Shown here: piece after piece, positions 58,479-64,000 of the stretch
Layout of the letters: each line of letters begins with the position of its first letter
Numbering within the stretch: position 1 is the first letter of the stretch
The notes under the pieces: model-generated
Databases searched by the model: none
The model's input: only the letters and a program-made list of their open reading frames with translations
Told to the model about the DNA's origin: nothing
Assembly: GCA_963770565.1 (NCBI GenBank)
Contig: CAVYQE010000011.1
Span: forward strand, 160,001-224,000
Origin: an uncultured Actinomycetota bacterium
GTDB lineage: Bacteria; Actinomycetota; Actinomycetes; JAFAQI01
Length of the DNA stretch: 64,000 nucleotides
Reading direction: 5' to 3'
Position numbers and translations under genes: made by a program

Positions 58479-58952
58479 GTGGCGGGGAAGCGAGCAGAGG
58501 CGTCGGAGACCATCGCAGCCGGGCCGGAGCGGGTCTACGACCTCGTCTCGGACCTGGCCCAGATGGGGAAGTGGAGCCCCGAGGCCGTCGGCGGTCGCTG
58601 GGTGGGTGGCGCGGTCGGCCCCGCCGTTGGCGCGCGCTTCCGCGGGAACAATCGCTCGGGCTGGCGACGGTGGTCGACGCTGGCCACCGTTATCGCGGCG
58701 GACCGCGGTAAGCGATTCGCCTTCCGGGTCACGCTCGGCCCGTTTCCCATCTCTGAGTGGTCCTACGACTTCGAACCGACCGCTGAAGGGACGACCCGGG
58801 TCGTCGAACGCTGGCTCGACCTGCGCTCGCCGCTGATCGACCTGCCCTCGCGGCCGGTGATGGGTGTCTATGACCGGCCGGAGCACAACAAGACCAACAT
58901 GGTGCGGACTCTCGCGGTGTTGAAAGCGTCGATCGAGAACGACGAGGCCTAG
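58479..58952 (+). CDS. SRPBCC/polyketide cyclase family protein
   Basis: VYDLVSD...MG.WSPE and GARF.G.N motifs; TTGACC-N17-CAGGAT-N6-GTG leaderless promoter. Confidence 0.85.
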   Translation: MAGKRAEASETIAAGPERVYDLVSDLAQMGKWSPEAVGGRWVGGAVGPAVGARFRGNNRSGWRRWSTLATVIAADRGKRFAFRVTLGPFPISEWSYDFEPTAEGTTRVVERWLDLRSPLIDLPSRPVMGVYDRPEHNKTNMVRTLAVLKASIENDEA

Positions 58953-59042
58953 CCCCACCAATGGGCCATGCGTGGGGCTATTGCCCCCCCAATGGGCCAT
59001 GCGTGGGGCTATAGCCCCACCAATGGGCCATGCGTGTGGCTA
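58950..59042. repeat. 31-bp palindromic tandem repeat x3
   Basis: TAGCCCCACCAATGGGCCATGCGTGGGGCTA at 58950, with variants at 58981 and 59012, between convergent stop codons. Confidence 0.9.
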
Positions 59043-60107
59043 GACGGCGTCGTAGTCGATCGTCACCGCTGAGGTGGTCGGCCGCGATTGGCAGGTGAGG
59101 ACGAAGCCGGCATCGAGTTCCCATGGCTCGAGGGCGTAGTTCACTGCCATCTCGACTGCGCCGTCGGCGACCCGCGCGCGGCAGGTTGCGCAGACCCCGC
59201 CGGTGCACGAGAACGGCACATCCAACCCCGCGGCACTCGCCGCGTCGAGCACAGTCTCATCCCGGTGACCATCGATCGTCCGGCGGATCCCGCCGAGGAC
59301 GACGTCGAGCCTCACGCTCTCGCCGTCATCGTGATGCACCGGTTTCGGGGTCCGCTGCGCGTGCGAGCCATACAGCTCGAGGTGCACATGATCGGCAGGC
59401 ACACCGAGCTCGATCAACGCGTCCCGAACGTCCAGCGTCATCGGCTCCGGCCCGCAGGCGAAAGCTTCGTCGTACGACGGGATGTCGATGAGTTCCTTGC
59501 CGAGCGCGCGAAGCTTGTCGGCGTTGATCCGGCCGTTGAGCAGCGGCGTCGCTTGATCCTCGCGGCTGAAGATGTGGATGATCTGCAGCCGGCCGAGGTA
59601 GCGGTCCTTGAGGTCGTGCAGGGCGTCGCGGAAGATCACCGAGCCGGCGCCGCGGTTGCCGTACACGAGCGTGCACCGGCTCTCCGGCTCGTGTTCGAGC
59701 AGTGAACGCAGCAGTGACATGACCGGCGCGATGCCGCTGCCGGACGCGAGAAAGAGATACGACTTGCGATGCGCCGGGTCGATCGGCACCGTGAATCGTC
59801 CCAGCGGCGCCAACGTGTCGAGTTGATCGCCGACCTTCATCGTGGTGTGCGCGCGCTCGCCGAAGACGCCGCCGGCGAGCCGCTTCACGACGATCCGGAG
59901 CTCGACGTCGTCCAGAGCACTGCAGATCGAGTACGACCGGTTGACCGGCTTGCCGTCCCCACCGGCAACCCGGAAGGTGAGGAATTGCCCCGGCGCGAAC
60001 CGAAACGTCTCGCTCAGCCCGGTCGGCACGCCGAGTGCCAGCGAGACCGTGTCATCGGTCTCGCGGCGGATGTCGGCGACCGTGAGCGGGTGGAAGACGC
60101 GGGCCAT
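59040..60107 (-). CDS. paaE: Phenylacetyl-CoA epoxidase reductase subunit
   Basis: RSYSIC, GSGI.P, CGPEPM and PFSCTGGVCATCRA motifs. Confidence 0.93.
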   Translation of the reverse strand: MARVFHPLTVADIRRETDDTVSLALGVPTGLSETFRFAPGQFLTFRVAGGDGKPVNRSYSICSALDDVELRIVVKRLAGGVFGERAHTTMKVGDQLDTLAPLGRFTVPIDPAHRKSYLFLASGSGIAPVMSLLRSLLEHEPESRCTLVYGNRGAGSVIFRDALHDLKDRYLGRLQIIHIFSREDQATPLLNGRINADKLRALGKELIDIPSYDEAFACGPEPMTLDVRDALIELGVPADHVHLELYGSHAQRTPKPVHHDDGESVRLDVVLGGIRRTIDGHRDETVLDAASAAGLDVPFSCTGGVCATCRARVADGAVEMAVNYALEPWELDAGFVLTCQSRPTTSAVTIDYDAV

Positions 60108-60607
60108 CAGTGCGCCTTGAAGTAGTCGAACGGTTCTCGGCAGCTCACGCAGCGCCACAGCGCCTTGCAGGGCGTCGACCCGAACCCGGCAATCTCCTCT
60201 ACGTCGTGAGACCCGCACTGCGGGCACGCGGCGGGCGCACCCGGATCGAGGATCGGCAACGACGGCCTGCCATCGGGCTGCACACTGCCGCTCGGCGGCA
60301 CGATGCCGAAGCCCAGGAGCTTGTCGCGGCCGGCCGCACTCAACCAGTCGGTGGTCCAGGCCGGCGAGAGCTGCACCTTGACGTCGACCTCGTCATATGC
60401 CGATGCCAGCGCGGTCCGCACGTCGTGCTCGATCACCTCGGTCGCCGGGCATCCCGAATAGGTCGGCGTCAGCGTCACGGTCACCCGGTGGGAATCGGCC
60501 GATTCCTCGACCGCGCGAACGATGCCGAGGTCCAGCACCGACAGCACCGGGATCTCCGGGTCGGCGACGTCGGCCAGGATCGCCCAGGCGCGTTCCGCGG
60601 TCACCAC
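60107..60607 (-). CDS. paaD: Phenylacetyl-CoA epoxidase subunit D
   Basis: DPEIPVLS, TPTYSGCPA, CPQCGS and FGSTPCKAL..C..C.EPFDYFK motifs. Confidence 0.93.
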   Translation of the reverse strand: MVTAERAWAILADVADPEIPVLSVLDLGIVRAVEESADSHRVTVTLTPTYSGCPATEVIEHDVRTALASAYDEVDVKVQLSPAWTTDWLSAAGRDKLLGFGIVPPSGSVQPDGRPSLPILDPGAPAACPQCGSHDVEEIAGFGSTPCKALWRCVSCREPFDYFKAH

Positions 60608-61302
60608 GTCGCGCCCGGGAACTCGCGGGCAAGCGACTGCGACTCCGACAACAGCTCGGTCAGGTACGGCGTGTGCTGCCCACGCGACCCCCACTCGACC
60701 TCGGTCTGCGGCGGTGGGGGCATCGGCAGGGTCGCCTCCGCCAACACGGCGGCGACGTCGGCGGCCCAGCCCTCGACGGCGATCTCGGCGACGTACGGCC
60801 AGAGCTGGTCGAGCGCGGCGAGCATCCGGCGATGCGACTCGTCGGTGCCGTCGCCGAGCCGGATCACCCACGCACTCGAGTGCCGGCGGTGGTAGGCGTT
60901 CTCCTTCACCGCCTTCTCGGCGACCCCGCGTACGACGTCGTCGCCAGACGTCAGCCAGGAGTGCCAGACCCGCTCCAGCCAGACGTCAATGAACAGCGCC
61001 CGCAGCACGGTGTGGCCGAAGTCGCCGTTCGGCAGCTCGCAGATCGTCGGGTTGCGGAAGTCGGTAGCGTCACGGAAGTAGGCGAGCTGGTCCTCGTCGC
61101 CGAGGTGTGACAACAGCCCGCGGGCCTGCCCGAGCAGGTCGAGCGCGATGTTGCCGAGCGCCACGTCCTCCTCCATCGTGGGCGCGGAGCTGACCCACTC
61201 GGAGAGCCGGTGCGAGGCGATCAAACAGCCGTCCGCGACCACCTCTACGTTCGGGAAGGGCGCGGTCGCCGCAGGTGATGCGGCGTCAGAGGTTGGCGAC
61301 AC
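60601..61302 (-). CDS. paaC: Phenylacetyl-CoA epoxidase subunit C
   Basis: EEDVALGNIALDLLGQAR, ELPNGDFG, KE..YH and RLGDGTDESH motifs. Confidence 0.92.
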   Translation of the reverse strand: MSPTSDAASPAATAPFPNVEVVADGCLIASHRLSEWVSSAPTMEEDVALGNIALDLLGQARGLLSHLGDEDQLAYFRDATDFRNPTICELPNGDFGHTVLRALFIDVWLERVWHSWLTSGDDVVRGVAEKAVKENAYHRRHSSAWVIRLGDGTDESHRRMLAALDQLWPYVAEIAVEGWAADVAAVLAEATLPMPPPPQTEVEWGSRGQHTPYLTELLSESQSLAREFPGATW

Positions 61303-61558
61303 CGTCGGGCACTTCGTAGAACGTAGGGTGCCGGTAGATCTTGTCCATCGCCGGCTCGAACAGCTCGTCCTTGTCCGACGGGTCGCTTGCCACGATCGCG
61401 GCCGACGGCACGACCCAGATGCTCGCTGCTTCACCACGCCTGGTGAAGACGTCGCGCGCGTTCTCCAGGGCCATCTCGGCGTCGACCGCGTGCAGGCTGC
61501 CGACATGTTGGTGGTGCATCCCGTTGCGGGGACGGAGAAAGACCTCCCACAGCTGCAT
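61286..61558 (-). CDS. paaB: Phenylacetyl-CoA epoxidase subunit B
   Basis: LWEVF.R, HVGSLHA, ARDVFTRR and YRHPTFY motifs. Confidence 0.95.
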   Translation of the reverse strand: MQLWEVFLRPRNGMHHQHVGSLHAVDAEMALENARDVFTRRGEAASIWVVPSAAIVASDPSDKDELFEPAMDKIYRHPTFYEVPDGVANL

Positions 61559-61560
61559 GG

Positions 61561-62490
61561 TCAGGCCGCCACTCGGTCCGCGCGCTTCGCGGCGTGCGCT
61601 TCAGCCGCCTCGAGCACCCAGGCACCCTCGTCGAAGGCCCGTTGCCGGTGCGCCATCCGCTGCGCGTTGCAAGGACCGTTGCCCTTCACGACGTTCATGA
61701 ACTCGTCCCAGTCAATCTCGCCGAAGCGCCAGTGCCCGGAGGCTTCGTCGTACTCGAGGTCGTCGTCCGGGATCCGCAGGCCGAGGAACTGCGCCTGCGG
61801 CACGGTCACATCGACGAACCGCTGCCGCAGGTCGTCGTTGCTGAACCGCTTGATCCGCCAGCGCATCGACTGCGCGGAGTTGGGGGAGGCGTCATCGTTC
61901 GGCCCGAACATCATCAGCGACGGCCACCACCAGCGATCGAGCGCGTCCTGCGCCATCGCCTTCTGCTCTGCCGTGCCGTTACACAGCGTGACGAGGATGT
62001 CGAAGCCCTGCCGCTGATGGAACGACTCCTCGCGGCAGATCCGCTTCATCGCGCGGGCGTAGGGGCCGAACGAGCACCGGCACAGCGGCACCTGGTTCAT
62101 GATCGCGGCACCGTCGACCAGCCAGCCGATCGCGCCCATGTCGGCCCAGGTCGGCGTCGGGTAGTTGAAGATCGAGGAGTATTTCGCCGTGCCGGCGAGG
62201 AGCTGGTCGACCATCTCCTCGCGGCTGGTGCCGAGCGTCTCCGCGGCGGCATAGAGATAAAGGCCATGGCCGGCTTCGTCCTGGACCTTGGCGAGCAGGA
62301 TCGCCTTGCGGCGCAAGGTCGGAGCGCGGGTGATCCAGCTGCCCTCAGGCTGCATCCCGATGATCTCCGAGTGGGCGTGCTGGGAGATCTGGCGGACCAG
62401 GGTCTTGCGATAGGACTCGGGCATCCAGTCGGTCGGCTCGACCTTGTCCTCGGCCGCCACCAGGGCGTCGAAGGTCGCCTCAGCACTCAC
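61561..62490 (-). CDS. paaA: Phenylacetyl-CoA epoxidase subunit A
   Basis: [19 protein letters not shown] and EESFHQRQG motifs; TTGCAG-N17-TACATT-N6-GTG leaderless promoter. Confidence 0.96.
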   Translation of the reverse strand: MSAEATFDALVAAEDKVEPTDWMPESYRKTLVRQISQHAHSEIIGMQPEGSWITRAPTLRRKAILLAKVQDEAGHGLYLYAAAETLGTSREEMVDQLLAGTAKYSSIFNYPTPTWADMGAIGWLVDGAAIMNQVPLCRCSFGPYARAMKRICREESFHQRQGFDILVTLCNGTAEQKAMAQDALDRWWWPSLMMFGPNDDASPNSAQSMRWRIKRFSNDDLRQRFVDVTVPQAQFLGLRIPDDDLEYDEASGHWRFGEIDWDEFMNVVKGNGPCNAQRMAHRQRAFDEGAWVLEAAEAHAAKRADRVAA

Positions 62491-62541
62491 TCTCAAAATG
62501 TAACGCTCAAGCGCACAATCTGCAAGGAGTTGTCACATCTC

Positions 62542-63036
62542 CTACTCGGCGGCGTCGGTGACCGCGACCTCGACCAGCGGGATCACCCGTGGGGGGATCT
62601 CGGTCGCCAGCACGATCACCGTCGAGGTCCGCGAGACCGTCGGCGACGCGACGACCAGGTCGATCACCCGCTGCAAGTCGGCGTTCGACCGCGCGACCAG
62701 CCGGACCATCATGTCCGCGCCGCCGGTGATCGTGTGCGCTTCGAGCACCTCGGGGATGGTCCGCAGATGCGACGCGACCGGCTCGTGCGCGCTCCCGGCC
62801 GCCGCGCCCTGGGCGATCTCCAAGGTTGCGAACGCCGACACCGGGAAGCCGAGCGCCACCGGATCGACCGATGGCGACCAGCCGGTGATCACCCCGGCCC
62901 GCTCCATCCGGTCAAGGCGGGCCTGCACGGTCCCGCGGGCCACCCCCAGCCGGCGCGACGCTTCGAGCACGCCGATGCGGGGCGCTCCGGCAAATAACTG
63001 CACGATCTGGCCATCGAGGGCATCAAGGCTGTACAT
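62542..63036 (-). CDS. Lrp/AsnC family regulator (divergent from hppD)
   Basis: RIGVLEASRRLGVARGTVQARLDR and IPEVLEAHTITG motifs. Confidence 0.92.
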   Translation of the reverse strand: MYSLDALDGQIVQLFAGAPRIGVLEASRRLGVARGTVQARLDRMERAGVITGWSPSVDPVALGFPVSAFATLEIAQGAAAGSAHEPVASHLRTIPEVLEAHTITGGADMMVRLVARSNADLQRVIDLVVASPTVSRTSTVIVLATEIPPRVIPLVEVAVTDAAE

Positions 63037-63095
63037 ATTGCACAGTATGTCGCACGAGTCTTGTACGACGCGCACAACCCGGGCAGTCTCAGTAG

Positions 63096-64000
<905 letters not shown>

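Overview
High-GC actinobacterial chromosome segment, read by eye without database searches. (1) 1-4.5 kb: decayed mosaic of relics (ECF sigma, P4-type primase, lipoprotein, IS110) around a secreted arylsulfotransferase-like gene. (2) 5-12.5 kb: PLP decarboxylase, S53 protease, orphan membrane sensor, GNAT, MFS and VOC genes. (3) 12.6-23.1 kb: purine catabolism operon (xanthine dehydrogenase, aldolase-like gene, allB, alc, uraD, uraH, uricase, 8-oxoguanine deaminase-like). (4) 24.9-44.7 kb, the most interesting part: a hydroxypyridine-type catabolic island. It has a four-component Mo-hydroxylase, a split PEP-synthase-like kinase, the maleamate pathway (nicX/nicD/amidase/nicE), an NCS1 permease and an unexplained HD phosphohydrolase. 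It also has a second two-gene cassette that duplicates only the Mo large subunit and the phospho-His kinase subunit. This suggests a phosphorylate-hydroxylate-dephosphorylate strategy with interchangeable specificity modules (inference). (5) 44.7-47.9 kb: general-stress islet (csbD, doxX, TopIB relic, SigB/F-like promoters). (6) Large secreted proteins, aldehyde dehydrogenase-DUF779, and an IS481 relic abutting tRNA-Lys(CTT). (7) paaABCDE, an Lrp regulator and a partial hppD. Two unrelated intergenic palindromic mini-arrays both have a 31-bp period. No CRISPR array or rRNA was seen.
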